This document shows, one piece after another, positions 24,400 through 37,130 of a stretch of DNA of 64,000 nucleotides. Each line of letters opens with the position of its first letter. The stretch's first letter is position 1. The notes below the pieces were generated by a model that was not told where the DNA came from, ran no database searches, and saw only the letters and a list, made by a program, of their open reading frames with translations. Source of the stretch: Psammoneis japonica (taxonomy: Eukaryota); NCBI GenBank assembly GCA_008632985.1, contig QPGO01000186.1, forward strand, positions 62,001 to 126,000. The letters are read 5' to 3'. A program made the translations under genes and the position numbers.

Positions 24400-25551
24400 T
24401 CAATGCACAACATCAGTTGTCTGCATCCGGCATGTGGCACTTGCATCAAGCAATTGAAAATGCAAGACAAATCCAACTTTCCACAGCAACGGAAATTTTG
24501 TCATGCTGGCATGCATCTCAGATTGTTGCCCCACCAGATGCAGCCATGGGTGACACACTTCTGGAACTTGCTCTTGAACTTTTGTCCCATGTTGATTGGG
24601 GGGCATCTGATGAGTTCAGTGACCGTGTCACAAGCCTCCTGCAGGATGGTCTCCCTTGCTGGGTGCCACACTGCCAGCAACACATCCAGCTCTTTGGGTG
24701 TGTAACTCTTGGCATGCAGACTGTCAAAGTGTCCAGTCACTGTGATGGATGCCTTGTTGTTGGCCACAAACTCTTTCACACACTTTGCAGTGTCTTTTGC
24801 CTGCTTGACTCTCAACAGTTGATCATTGTTTTCCAAATGGGTCATGAACACATGGCCAACTTCCTTCATCTGCACCCCAATCAATGTGTGAGCCCAGTTG
24901 CAGCATGAGCACTCACAGCCAGGCTGGTTTGTGGACTCATCGTGGTGGTTGAAAGGTTCCACACAGCCGCCTTCACTGGCTCCTCTTTTGTGATGACAAT
25001 GCTTCCCCAGTTGCTGCCCCAAGGGCATGGGTTGGGATTGCTGAACATAAAGCAGCAAAAGCCAAGCTTGCAGAGGGCTTTCTTCAAGGGGCAGGTCACT
25101 GTTTTGGCAGTGCTGTTGTCATGTTTCAACTTGATTTCCTCACACCTGGGCCAAACTTTCTTCCCGCACAGCTGTTCAAACATGCCATCATTGGCAGCAA
25201 AGCTGAGTTTGATGACTTTGCAAGCACCAGGATTCTCAACAAATTCTTTTGCAATGTTGTTTGGAAGATCTCAAACACCTTTTTGGCACTCCCCCTTTTG
25301 GGGAATCCACCACAACCATTTAGATTGTACACCAGCAACATCTGCTTGTTTTTGTTTGGTGATTTTTTGTTTTTGCAGAGCTGCTTCAATGCTGCCTTGT
25401 CAAGGGCTTTGTGCTCTTGACTGCAGAGCATTTTGGTTGTCTCTGTGCAATTCAACTGCTCCTCCTTCATGGCACGTTTCAGGTCGTCCAAGTTTTTGAA
25501 CAGTTCAAAGAGTGGCAGTTCTGGCCAGGGAGAAGAAGATGGAGACACCAC
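24400..25551 (-). pseudogene. Decayed ORF upstream of the Plavaka transposase, unknown function
   Basis: Consecutive protein-like minus-strand fragments (25126-25551, 24881-25183, 24501-25058) separated by frameshifts. Confidence 0.4.
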
Positions 25552-27169
25552 TGCTTGATTGTTTTTGGTTCAAGGAAATGTGGGTGTGTTGTTTTGAGAG
25601 AACTTGTTTAATTTGTTGTTTGGAGTTTTGTGAAAGGTGGTGAAAGATTGCAGATTTAACCAGCAATTCATCAGTGCAAGTCAGGTGTCCAGGGCTGCCG
25701 GCATTTGCTTTCTTGGCCAACCAGTTGGCTCTGTTGAACACATTTGCCAAACAACTCCACTGCCTCACAACTCGACTGACCAACAAACAAACTCAAAGCA
25801 CCTCATTTTGGAAATGCGTGATGCCATCCATTTCACGCCTCCTCACAGCAGATGTTTGTCACCATCTCACACAAAACACCAACTGCCCAAGCCCCTTTGA
25901 ATGGGTGCTGCCTTTTACGGACACTGTTGTTGGTCACTCCCTCCATTTTCTTGCTTGTCTCACCAAAATGACAGCACCTCTTCCACCTGGCAGGTGGTGT
26001 TGGAAGGTGCAAGAAGGTTGGAAAGTGCAAGAAGGGAGTGTTGGCATGCCAAAAAGAGGCTTGGGAGTGAGATGGGTCAGATGGACTTGTCCAGGGTGGT
26101 TTGGACAGAGGGGGGGGGAATGGGAGAGGATGGAGCAGTGGAGTGGCCAAAGAAGAAGATGTGAAAGAGTGGTGCCCAATGCCTTCGATTGGAGCAATGG
26201 CTGGCCTGATGAGCAAGGGGGGTCATTTGCTGCTTCTTTAGCTCAAATTTTGCAGAGCAGCTTTTGACTTGCATGGTTTTTCCTGAAAAAATGTTGACAT
26301 TGCTGTCATTGTTGTGCTTTGATCATGGTGCCTGATGTGTTTGTTTTTGTGCATGATTGGGGGTGAATGTGAACAATGCATTCAAAAATGAACACTGCAA
26401 ATGTCCTTGTTTTCAAATCTTGTCATGGCAATTCCAGGACAAACATGAGGATGACCCCCCTTGAATCAAGGAAGCAAGCCACTGCAGGATTGTTGAGAAA
26501 GTGAAGGTTGCCAATTTGCCAGCAGTTGTTTGACGTGCATGCATGCACTGCAAGCAAGCAAAGAAAAACTGATTGTGTGAACAGCTGTGCTTGTTGATCA
26601 GAGCAACAAAGATGGGCAGCAACAAGCTGCGCCAAACCTCATGCCCCATGTTGACCCCACCATTGAGAGTGAATTCTTCAATGGATGATGAGGTCTGGGT
26701 TCTCTAATTTTGAACAAGTGTGCAAAATTTTTTTTGAAGGAAACATTGCCGGCTGCCCCCCCCCCTTGAGAAAAGAGAGCAGCAATTGTCAAGCTGGCCA
26801 GCAAACCAGCAACACTGTGCCACATCAAGATGCTGTGTGTTCCCATCAAATCCAGCAGCTGGAAAAAATTTGCTGCAATGGGAACATCTTTGTCTTGTTT
26901 TTTATGCAAAAAGCAAGGCGCTGCAATGTTTTGTCCACTGTCAGTGCATCAAGCATCAAAACCCTCTCTGCTCTGCCATGCCCACACAGCCAGAGCCAGG
27001 CATGCTGCTTCTCACTCCCTCTGGCCAGATCAGTGACCTTTGACACCCAGCTGTTGTTGTTGATGTTGTTGACATTGTTGTTGTTGCTGTTGCTGTTGCT
27101 GTTCATCTTCTTCTCAGGCAGGCAGGAGGAAACTCTGTCATGGCTGGCTGCCGGGTTTGACATGGCCTG

Positions 27170-27872
27170 TTTGCTCATGCACAGTGGCTTTGTTCTCCAC
27201 GTGTGGCAGTTGAGGCTATAACAGCAGCAGGCAGCAGCAGCACAGCAGCATGCAAAACAGCACAGCTGCCCACAAGGAGCTCATTGCACTTTGCAAAATT
27301 CAAGCTCTTTGAGGCAACAAACCAACAGAGCTGTGGCCACCATGTTGTTGTCTGCTGGGTTGCAAATGACACCAGAGTGGTTGAAGACCCCAGTCTTTCA
27401 TCTGCAGGACTCACAACAGAGTGACAGTTCACTGTGTCCAGAGAACTTGCAATCATTGTGTCAGCACTTTTGTTGCTGCAAACACAACAGCAGCAGAAGT
27501 GTCAAGGCAGACCAAGCCACAGCAAGTGCTCTCCTGTCAAAAACCAGGGTTGCTCTGTTTTAACTCAAACACAGTTGGCTTTGTTGGCTTTCACATCCAT
27601 TGACTGAGAGCTGTGTCAAGGGTGACAACAACAGCAAAACCCTGACAGTCATTTCTCTCTGTTTGCACCGCTCAATGTTCTTGAACTGACAAAATGAGTG
27701 TTTTCCAAAACAGGCATCTTGACTGGGGCAAATGAACAGCTGATGGCCAGCTTTGACAGAGATGATTTCACAATGATGCAGCTTCCCCACATCAGCCACT
27801 GCTTTGGCTCCATCACAGAATGCTTGTCTTTCTGGACAGAGCCAGCAGCCCAAGAAAACCCAGACTGAGTGC
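27170..27872 (+). repeat. Diverged ~0.6-0.7 kb direct repeat, copy A
   Basis: Shares tctttcatctgcaggactcacaaca, cacttttgttgctgca, caaggcagaccaag and ggacagagccagcagcccaag with 35300-35912. Confidence 0.85.
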
Positions 27873-28536
27873 TCAAAAAAGCATCTTCTTAGACTGTTTG
27901 ACTGTTTTCTAGATGCCTGCAGCAGACCAAGAAACCTTTGTCCACAGTGGCTTCAAAAGTTGCACAGAGCTGGCAGGAATCAAAGACTTGTGTGCCTCTG
28001 GTTTGCTTCATGCAAGATCAAGCTCAAGTGCACTTCACAGCAAGCTCCCTTTATGGCATCTTGTGTGTTGCATTTGTGAGCTAGAAAATTCTTGTGTTTT
28101 CCAACATTGTGTGCACATCTGCAGGTCTGCTCTGATTTGATGCATGGCAGCAGCTGCCAGGGCTTGGCATGGCAGCAGAATTGCCAAACCAGGTTGTGAA
28201 GAAACCTCAACATGGAAACAGCAGGCTGTGTGCAAGCAGCTGCAAACATCAGTTGACAAAGACAGCTGGGAAGAAAACATGTGCAGGGGGCAGCAAAAAT
28301 TTTTGTAGAAAAAGCAGGAATTTTGCAGAGGCCATTCCTCCTCAGTTGCCAGTGGCTGTTCTCTGTTTCAGCTGCACTTTGTGACATTTGGAAAGATCAA
28401 AAGACAAAACCACTGTCAAGTGAGTCAGCCAGAAGGCAACATTTTGTGCCTTGATGCAGAGCACACCTGATGGCAGCAAGAGCCGCTCCATGGAAAATCA
28501 ACCATGACAGCTTTGTTGTTGTTCATCAGGGGCCCA

Positions 28537-29270
28537 AATCAATGAATCCTGTGTCTGCAGATGACCAGACATTGGTCTGCTCTAACATGTGTGAGCATGA
28601 GCAAGTGAATTTATTTGTGGCTAAATCAGTCAGATTTGTCATGAATCCCCCCCCCCTTTGCGATGAATGGGGGTGATTTGAAAACAAACAAATGTTCTGC
28701 ACCTCTCCAACAAATGTCATGGGTTCAAATCAAGGGTGTCCAACAAGTTCACTGCAGTCAAACAAGTTGACTCACACAAAACATTCCATTTGATCGCTGT
28801 CAAGAACAACTGACTGGCTGTGGATTGGTTGGCTGGTTTCCCAACTTGTCATCATGCAAACCCATTGATTGCAACTCTTTGGGCCTCAGAATGGTGATGC
28901 ATCTTCACAACAGAGGGTCAATGCCCTGAACTTGAGCCCCAAAACAGGAGACAGCAATCAGGGGGTGGAATCAATGAATCCTTGCATCTGCCGACAACTG
29001 GACCTCAGTCTGCCCCAACATGTGTGAGCGCAAGCACATCAATTTGTTTGCAACTAAATCAGTCAGATTTGTCATGAATCACACCCATTTGTGACAAACA
29101 TGAGTGATTGCAAACAAACAAATGTCCCACACCTCTGACAAATGTCTGTGGGTTCAAATCAAGGACGTGCAAGAGTTTGTTGCAATCCAATCATTTGACT
29201 TCCACAAAACACTTCATTTGACAACTCTTGTCAACTGACTGGCAATGGAGCTGGTTTGCTGTTTTCCCAA
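28537..29270 (+). repeat. Diverged tandem duplication, period about 430 bp
   Basis: ctaaatcagtcagatttgtcatgaatc, aaacaaacaaatg, gggttcaaatcaagg and caactgactggc occur in both 28537-28843 and 28968-29270. Confidence 0.85.
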
Positions 29271-29329
29271 AGTGCCATTTGGTGACAATGTTGCTTTTTT
29301 CAACTTGCTTGCTGATCAGCATGCTGGGG

Positions 29330-32300
29330 TTCAGTTTGGCAGTTTGGCTTCACAGCATTGTTTGCAATGATGTGAGTGCCACTTTTTGCATGTTGTCTGC
29401 CAAACTGGCATTGACTCCAGTTTGCACATCTTGGCACAGTTCACCATGTGGTCACCTTTGTCCACTGACTCATCATTCTCTTCCTCCTCTTTCTTTTCAC
29501 AGTTTGCCACAATCTTTCTGTGCAAAAGTCGTTCACTTGCAACATCTTGTTTGATTTCCTGCACCAGCTGCTTGAAGAACTTGTCTGCCCTTGGCAACCA
29601 TCATTTGCACTCCCTTGGTGTCTTCCACTCTATTGGAGTTTCCCACCATGAAGTGCTTCAGTTGTCTCGCGCACTTTTTCTTCCCAGTGCCACATTCCTT
29701 GTCAGGGAGTTCCTTGTTGTGGCAGCTCTTGAGGGACTTCTCCTGCACCTCCTTGAACTTGCTTGCCATCTCCACAATTGTTCCTTGCTCCGTGGACTCT
29801 TCAGGGTCTTTTTCCAAAATGATGAATGTGCTTGATCCATTTTCTGCATCCTCCAGCTTGGTAATGACGAGATCCAGCATGGCAGTTTCACACAAGTCTT
29901 CCCTGCCGGCAGTGGGGTGTCCTTGGTCATCAACATCTGTGCTGCAGTCTGACATCAAATGGCTGTTCTCATTGTTGCTGTTGTGCTCTGCATGCCACAC
30001 AACAAAGTTGTTCTTCAGGAGCATGTGGGGGTGAACGCCCCGGGGGTGAATGCCCCGGCACATGACATGCCCAACCTTGTGTTTTTGGAGAGGCTTTTCT
30101 TCCACAAATGTCTCCCATGGCTGGCTGCAACAAGCAATTGCAGAACACTGTCTGCAATGTTGGATTCAACAATCACTCTTGGAATTGTTCTGGCAAAGGC
30201 AAGATGCAATTGTTCTTGTTGCAGCATGCACAAAGCACTGCATCATCAGCAACAACATGACATTGATGTCAGTTTGTTTCCTCCTCATTCATGACAATCC
30301 TCAGCAACACTTGCTGTGAAATTTGTCTTGCTGGGCCTGACATGCATTTGATTGCTTTGCCACCAGCCAATCCTGGCACAACCTGTTTTGTTTCATTTTC
30401 ATCTACAGGAAATGCAGGTGTGTCTTCTGCTCTGCCTCTGGAAGCTCTGCAAGCATTCCATCCATCAGCAGCATTGGCCTGCCATTCCAGGCACAGTCTC
30501 TGTGCAGCGTGCAGGTTTCCTCTGCCTGACTGCCTTGCACCAAACACAAGTGTGATGCAGAGAAACACCTTTTTTTGACATGGTCTCTCACCTTGACTGT
30601 GTCCCTGCCCATGTTCTCATCATTGTCCACCAACTTGGCTGGGTTGATCTGCCTCTGCACTGTGGTTGCCATGTCTCCTTGTTGTTTTGTGTGTGGTTTG
30701 TTTTCCCAGTGCTCATCTCAGCAAAGGATGTGCACACATGGTTGCCAGGCCATTCACCGTTGCAAGCTGGATTTCCCCAAATTTGCAAATCTTCTGATCT
30801 GAACATCAGATGGTCATTGACATCATGCATTCTCTGATGTTCACTTGTGCAACTCGGGTTTGCTCACCCAAGTTTCAAAAACAATGCAATTGCTCATGAC
30901 TGAATGTCTGAATGTCCAAAATTTCAAATGTTGTTTTGCAGTTCTCCAACATGTCAATTCGATTTCAAAACAATCAGTTTGCTTGCTTCCAGCAAGTCTC
31001 CTTTTGTTTGTGTCAATCTTGGTTGACCCCCCACTGCAATTTGATCCAAAGCATGTCTTGTCACTGCTGCAAGCCCAGCCAAATTGGTTGTGTTGATGTT
31101 GCAGCCAGTGATTTGGGCACACTGTTCCAAGCCACTGCATTGCCCATTTGTCAACAATGGGGTGAGGAGGAGCCCTTGCTGTCGTCCTCCTGTCAGTGTT
31201 GCTCAAACTCTCTCCCAGCACCTCCAAAAACACTGTTGACAGCTGAGATGTCAACCCCCCCTCTGGTGCTTAAGCTGTTTCCTCCCATTTGTCCCCTGGC
31301 GCAACAGCGGCATGTGATGTTGAGTTTTCTGCTGCTGACACAGCAGAAAATCAGAGAATTTGCATGTCTGGTGCAAATCGGTTGTCCCAGCAAGCATCTC
31401 TTTTGTTGCAGCTTCTTGTTGGCCATCAGCTGGTCAACAATGTTGAAGGGGCCTTGGTTTTGAAAGGGCATGTCCACCTCCGTCCACCATCCTTCCATCT
31501 TCTTGAAAAAGTGGGCATTGATGAAGCACCAGCAACAAGTCACAATGGCTTGCACACTGGGAAAATCTCCCCACACACTGTCTCCCAGCACAATGCAGTG
31601 ACTCCATTGTTGTTGGTTCTGTCCAACACAATGGCAATTGGCGCAGCTCCCCTCACAGGGTGAAAGAGTTTCAATCCCATCTTGAGTCATTCCAAAGTTG
31701 CTGAGGCAGCGAATGACATTTTTTTGCAGATGGATGCATGTGCCACTTGCCCACCTGCAGTTTTACTTTGCCTCCTTTGGCTGGGCAAAAGTGCAATCCT
31801 TGACAGGATTGGTGAACTGACCCAGAAAATCCACCTTGTCCAACATGGTGAACAATGCACTTTGTTTGTTGATGACATTCCGGTTTTGTGACACCAAGGA
31901 AAAAAGTGCAGAATTGCATGCAAGGGGATCACAGTGACACACAATGAAGGTTCACCTCAATGTGCATCACTGTGTTCTGAGTGGTTTGACCCATTCAAGT
32001 GACTTTTTGTCACACCATCACCAGTCTTGTCTGCTCCTGTTGGGAACAGCATCCAAGATTCTTGTTGCATGGTTGGAATGCTCATTTGTGGCTCTGGCTG
32101 GCAAAACACAAATGCTTGTTTTGCATGTTTTGCCTCTTCCTAAAAAAATCCATTGACAAACATTGACCTGCTGCAACTTGTTCCTTGGTCTGGCCCACAC
32201 TTCATGGGTGCAATCATGCTTGCGTTCTGGAGCGGACTCTCTGATTTCCTGGGGCAGCACACCAGTGAGGCACTTCTCAACCTGGTGATGACAGTCCAGA

Positions 32301-35200
32301 CCCAGTTTCCTGCAGCACACAACTTCATCCAAGTGACACAACAGCATGGCTCATGAAGCAAAACTTTCATTTCTGGGTGTGGGAATGACACCTCAAACAC
32401 TTCCAGCATTTATTTTCATGCTCCACATGCCCAACAACAAATGACATGATGTCAAAAGGCACAAAGAAGGCTCCACCTTCTTTCATTGCCACTGACAGAT
32501 CTGGTGTCATTTGCTGAAAGCCCATTTGCCAAACTGGTCATTCAACCAACCCTTTTGCAACCAAAAAAAGTCCATGTTAATTTCTGGTGTGAAATTGCCT
32601 CCAAACTTGCTCAGCATTTGATCAAGGAAGTTGGGGTTTCACACATTGCAGTTTGGGTGTCGTTTTCCATGACCACCATTGCCAAGAGACATGGTGGAAA
32701 ATTTGCATTCTTTGTTTCCTGATTTGTTGCAATTGTGCTGCAATTGCTGACAGTCCAGCAGCCTGGCCATGTTGGATCAAAGCTTTGCATTGTGAGAAAA
32801 CAAATGGATGTTTGTGTCATCAAGCATGTTTTGGTGTGACACAAGAACATTGATGTCTTTGGTCTGCATCATGCACAAGAAAAGAACCTTCACCTAAATC
32901 CCAGAAGGTGGTCCATCCACAACCTCACTTGTTCCATCCAGTTCATCATTTTTTTTCCACCTTTGTGGGAATGACAACAATGATGTCTTTGGAGGGAGGG
33001 TCAGCAATCTGAGCCTTGTCGTTGAATGCACCTGGCTGGTCATCTCCTTCTTCCTGTGTCACAGCACTGTCAAAAATGAAATCATCCATGGAAGTGTTCC
33101 CAATCCTGCTGGCCCCACCATTGGTGCCATCAGTTTTGTCTCCATTGTCAACTGAATTGGCAGCAACATCAATTTCCTTGTCCTCCCAGTGTTGGTTGGT
33201 CTGCTCTTCTGTCAGAGTTGGCATCTTCTTCTCCCAATGGTGTGTGCCACATCATTTGATGCTGGGAATGCCATCTTCACCAATGAGGGAGAAGAGATGT
33301 TGATTCTCAACAAAATGTTCCTTTTTGTCAAATCTTTGATTCTGTTTTTGTGGCTGTTGCAGGTGACAGACTCTTGCAGCTGTCACCGTGATGGGCGACA
33401 CCAAAATTTTGCACAAGAATCTCCAATGCTTCTGCCCTTTCATCGTTTGTCAGCTGAGCAAATTGCTTTGTGGCACCAAGGTTTGTCACAGGGTGAGCCA
33501 AGTCCCACGGATCTTTGTGTCCTGAAATGACTGCATCACATCCATTGGGCATTTGCAGAGTGAAAATTGTCTGGAACTCATTGATGTTGGTTTCACGAGA
33601 CCAACTGCAGCAAAGTTTGTGTTTGTTTTGTAACGCAAAGTGATGGAAATTTTGAGTGCCTGTGTTTGCATCAATCCACTCCAGCAGGGCAATGACATCT
33701 GTTGTCATGTCATCCATTCTTTGGCTCACACCCAAGTTTTTGAGTTCTTCAATTGACATTGCCCATTGGCGATCTTCCTTGTTTGGTGATTTGACGTGTC
33801 ACCTCTGTCTAGGAGGATTGCTGCTGGATTCATCAGTGCTGGTGTGGTGGTGCTTCTTGCCATCCTCCACAGCAGATCCACCACTTTCATCATCACAGCT
33901 GTCATTGTCATGACCGCTGTAAAACATTGTCATCAACATCACTGCAGTGCACGTCAATGAAATCACACCCACTTGGGTTCATGCAATGAGGGGTCATTCC
34001 AATGTCCCCAGCAGCCATTCAGAAAAGTTTGATGGCATGAGACGGAAACAAATGAGGGTGGACATGTCCAGAGAATTGCGCAGCTCATCTGAGTGCTTGG
34101 CGGCAACACAGAAGAACTGGTTGAAGCCAGTCTGACAGCTTGCCATTGTGGCCAGCTGCACACAACCATGACAAATGCCCAAGTCCTCATGAATGTTGGG
34201 GGGGGGGTTGTCTTGGCCAGAGAAACCCAAAGATTCCACATGACCCAAAGTGGGAAACACAATGGCACCCTGCTTTGTGTCACCCTTGGATTGTGCAGAG
34301 ACTGACTCCCATTGGCAGCCATCATCAAGAGTGCCAGGATGGCTGTTCCATGCCCTTTTCCTCACTTGAAACAAAAACAACAATGCAACACAGTTTGAAA
34401 ACAATGTTCCAATCAGGGGCTGGCATGGTTGGACAAAAGACTGATCTTTGGCAGATCCAGAACTGCTCTTCTTCTCACCATTGCCAGGCAAACCAATCTG
34501 TGCAGAAGAGATGAACTTTTCTCTCCATTTTGGCTTGAGGCACCTGTGCATCAAGTCACAAACCCTTGAGCAGATGATCCCCAAATTCTTCATTTTCTGG
34601 CAGTTGAGATTCTTGCAAGTCCTTGAAAATGAATTGTGCATCTGCTCTTTCACTGGCTCACACTGATGGGCTGTTTTTTCATGCCACGGGCCTTGTCAGC
34701 AATGGTGTTCCTGATGGCACCCAGCCCTTTGTTCAGCATGTTTTCACTGTGTTGCCAGATTTAACTTTGGTGTCAGCATCAATGGCTTGCAGAAGATTGC
34801 ATGCTACAATCACAAATGTCTTTGGTTTGGAGCATTGAGAAAAGACCAATTTGCACCAGTTGCAGGTGATTCCATGTTCAGACTCAATGTGAGAGAGGAA
34901 AAGAGTCTCCAGTGTGGATGCAGTGATGCTCTGAGTCTGTGCCACAAAACTGGCTTTGGCAACAAAGCTGCTCTTCTGCAGAAACATTGAACAGTTGTGG
35001 CAACTTTTGGACTTGACAAACTGGCACATGCAATCCACCATTGCCGCCAGGTTCTTGCCACAGCACTCAAGGTTGTTGAAGGCCTCCACAACTTCCTGTG
35101 CTGAACAACAAACCACCCAGAGGCCTTCCCCTTCTTCCTTTCCAACTTGCAGGTCCAACCATGGCTTTGAACACAACAGAGCCCATGTTTGCATCCAAGA
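29330..35200 (-). pseudogene. Series of decayed minus-strand ORFs of unidentified element(s)
   Basis: Protein-like fragments (29533-30105, 30269-30568, 32946-33224, 33328-33759, 34733-35194); no RT, integrase or transposase motif recognised. Confidence 0.4.
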
Positions 35201-35299
35201 GATTGATCCATGACATCATTGACAGCAATCACTTGCTCAAAAAAGTGGCACAATCCATTCTTGGGATTGTGCCACAAATGGTGGCAGGGCTTGTCATGT

Positions 35300-35912
35300 T
35301 TGCTCAGATGGCAGCTTTGTTTTCTCCACACAGTGGGGCTGTGACCAGCAGCACAGCAGGGTGCAAAGCAGCACAGTCACCTGCAAAGAGCTGTGCACAT
35401 CTTGGAAGCAACAAACCAGAAGAGCTGCAGCCATTGTTGTCTGGATTGTAAATCCATGCTGGAGCAACTCCAAAGCCCCCAATCTTTCATCTGCAGGACT
35501 CACAACACAATGATGGTCCCCAGAGAACATGTCATTGCTGGGACAACACTTTTGTTGCTGCACACACAACAGCAGGAATGCCAAGGCAGACCAAGTCACA
35601 GTGAGCACTCTCTTGTAAAAAAACCAGGGAGCCGCAGTTGCTCTGTGGACTTTTGAACAAAGTCAGCTTGGGTGTTGGCTTCCATGCTCCATTGGCTGCA
35701 GGTTGTGTCAAGCAGGCTGTGTCAAGGGCAGTGACAACAGCAGTTCTTTCTCTGTGTTTCTTCCAAAACAGGCAACTTGACAGGGGCAAATGAAACAATG
35801 ATGCAGCCCCCCCCCCCCCCCACACACACATCAGGCACTGCTTCAGCTCCAAACTCAGAACACTTGTCTTCATGGACAGAGCCAGCAGCCCAAGGGAGCC
35901 CACACTGAGTGC
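35300..35912 (+). repeat. Diverged direct repeat, copy B (of 27170-27872)
   Basis: Same shared blocks; both copies end at ctgagtgc; reciprocal CA/TG differences such as cagcaagtgctctc vs cagtgagcactctc. Confidence 0.85.
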
Positions 35913-36669
35913 AGGGTGGACACTTCATTTGTCATTGTGGGCTGCAGTGCCACCCAGCAGACCACACTGTTCACAGTCCTGCCAAACAACCATCAGAAAT
36001 TGGACCACCAACTTTTGAGTGGTGCCACCAGGAATGCAAGCACAGTTGAGGTCTTGGCATTGCTTTCTTTTTTGTCTTCAGAGTTTCTGCATGAGTGGCA
36101 TTTGTGCTGTGTAAAAGTTGTGCCAAAAGAACAAGCCCACCCTTTGCCCTGGTTCAATTCTGATGAGCTCTGTCATTGAGCCCATTTGAAAGTCCAAAGT
36201 TTGAGCTTCACCATCAATGACTCTGCATCTGCTGGGGTGCACTGGGCTTGATGCAAATTTTCTCAAACTGGGTGACATGGCTTTGTGCACCATGCTCCAA
36301 ATGATTGCCAGCAGCATGGGAAGAAACTGATGTGAGCGGCAACAGTTTTAAAGATTGCACAGTCAACTGTGCGGAGAAGATCATCTCCCAAGGAATGGAT
36401 CATCCTGCCATCCAAGAGTTGAATCTGGTCCAATGTGCACCCTGTGATGTTTTTTAAGTTCAGAAAAAAGCAGGGAGATACAAGCAACGTGGAAATGAGA
36501 CTCACTCAGCATGTTCACGCTTCTTTTCTGACAACTTCAGCAAAGACAGAGTGCCCAGCTGCAAGCAAGAAACCATTTCGTTGCGGCTTTTGCGTGGACG
36601 AGAGGCACTTGGACCTGAAGTCGTGGGTGGCAACCACCGGCAACCAGTGAAAAGGATTTCTCTTAGTTG

Positions 36670-36830
36670 CGGGAATCACCCAGAGGTGCCACAACGGCAT
36701 GAGAAACATGTCTCTCCTGTTGCACACTGGGTCGTGGTTCCACGTCAACAATGCAAGGAGATGAAGAAAGGAGGAAAGACATTGATGAAGGAACATGTGG
36801 AAAACTTGGAACGAATCGGGTTTGTGAGGT
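36670..36830 (+). pseudogene. HA-domain relic (second copy at about 41775-41930)
   Basis: EVPQRHEK...QQCKEMKKGGKTLMKEHVENLERIGF aligns to VPQIYE...QRKDYENLKEGKKSPLTEEKIKKLEDIGF of the intact gene at 405-1931. Confidence 0.7.
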
Positions 36831-37130
36831 TGATCAAGGATGAGGTGTGGTCGATAAGGCATTAGAGTAGTGTAGGGTGGTCGTGTGATAGTCTTGCGGA
36901 GCACGTCCGACAAGGTCATCGGTGAGGTTCAGAACGCAAGATGCTAACACTCAAATGTACACCTTCTTTGTACCACCTGTATCTTGAGAACGTTTTTTTG
37001 GTGTTATCGCGTTGGGAACCATTCCGCGTCCTTGTGCGGTAAAGTGTTACGTGTGATGTAACGGCATATCGCCCAAGTGAACTATGACGGCACCCCCATT
37101 AGTGAGCTATCGTCACGAGCATAAGTAACA

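Larger units (their letters stand above)
14950..36850. other. Hypermutated island 1: TpA- and CpG-depleted, TpG/CpA-enriched transposon and duplication graveyard
   Basis: TA very rare and CG rare, CA/TG abundant; six-frame ORFs almost devoid of Tyr and rich in Cys/His; clear contrast with flanking genes. Boundaries are approximate. Confidence 0.92.

Noticed and set aside
14998..36650. Very dense overlapping ORFs in all six frames
   Set aside because: A by-product of TA depletion removing TAA/TAG stops; most are not genes.
14950..36850. Classical fungal RIP
   Set aside because: RIP converts CpA to TpA and enriches TA; the opposite is seen here.
14950..36850. Alternative genetic code, foreign insert or viral DNA
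   Set aside because: The depletion is frame- and strand-independent, affects non-coding repeats and host-like HA relics, and fades within a single duplicated segment.
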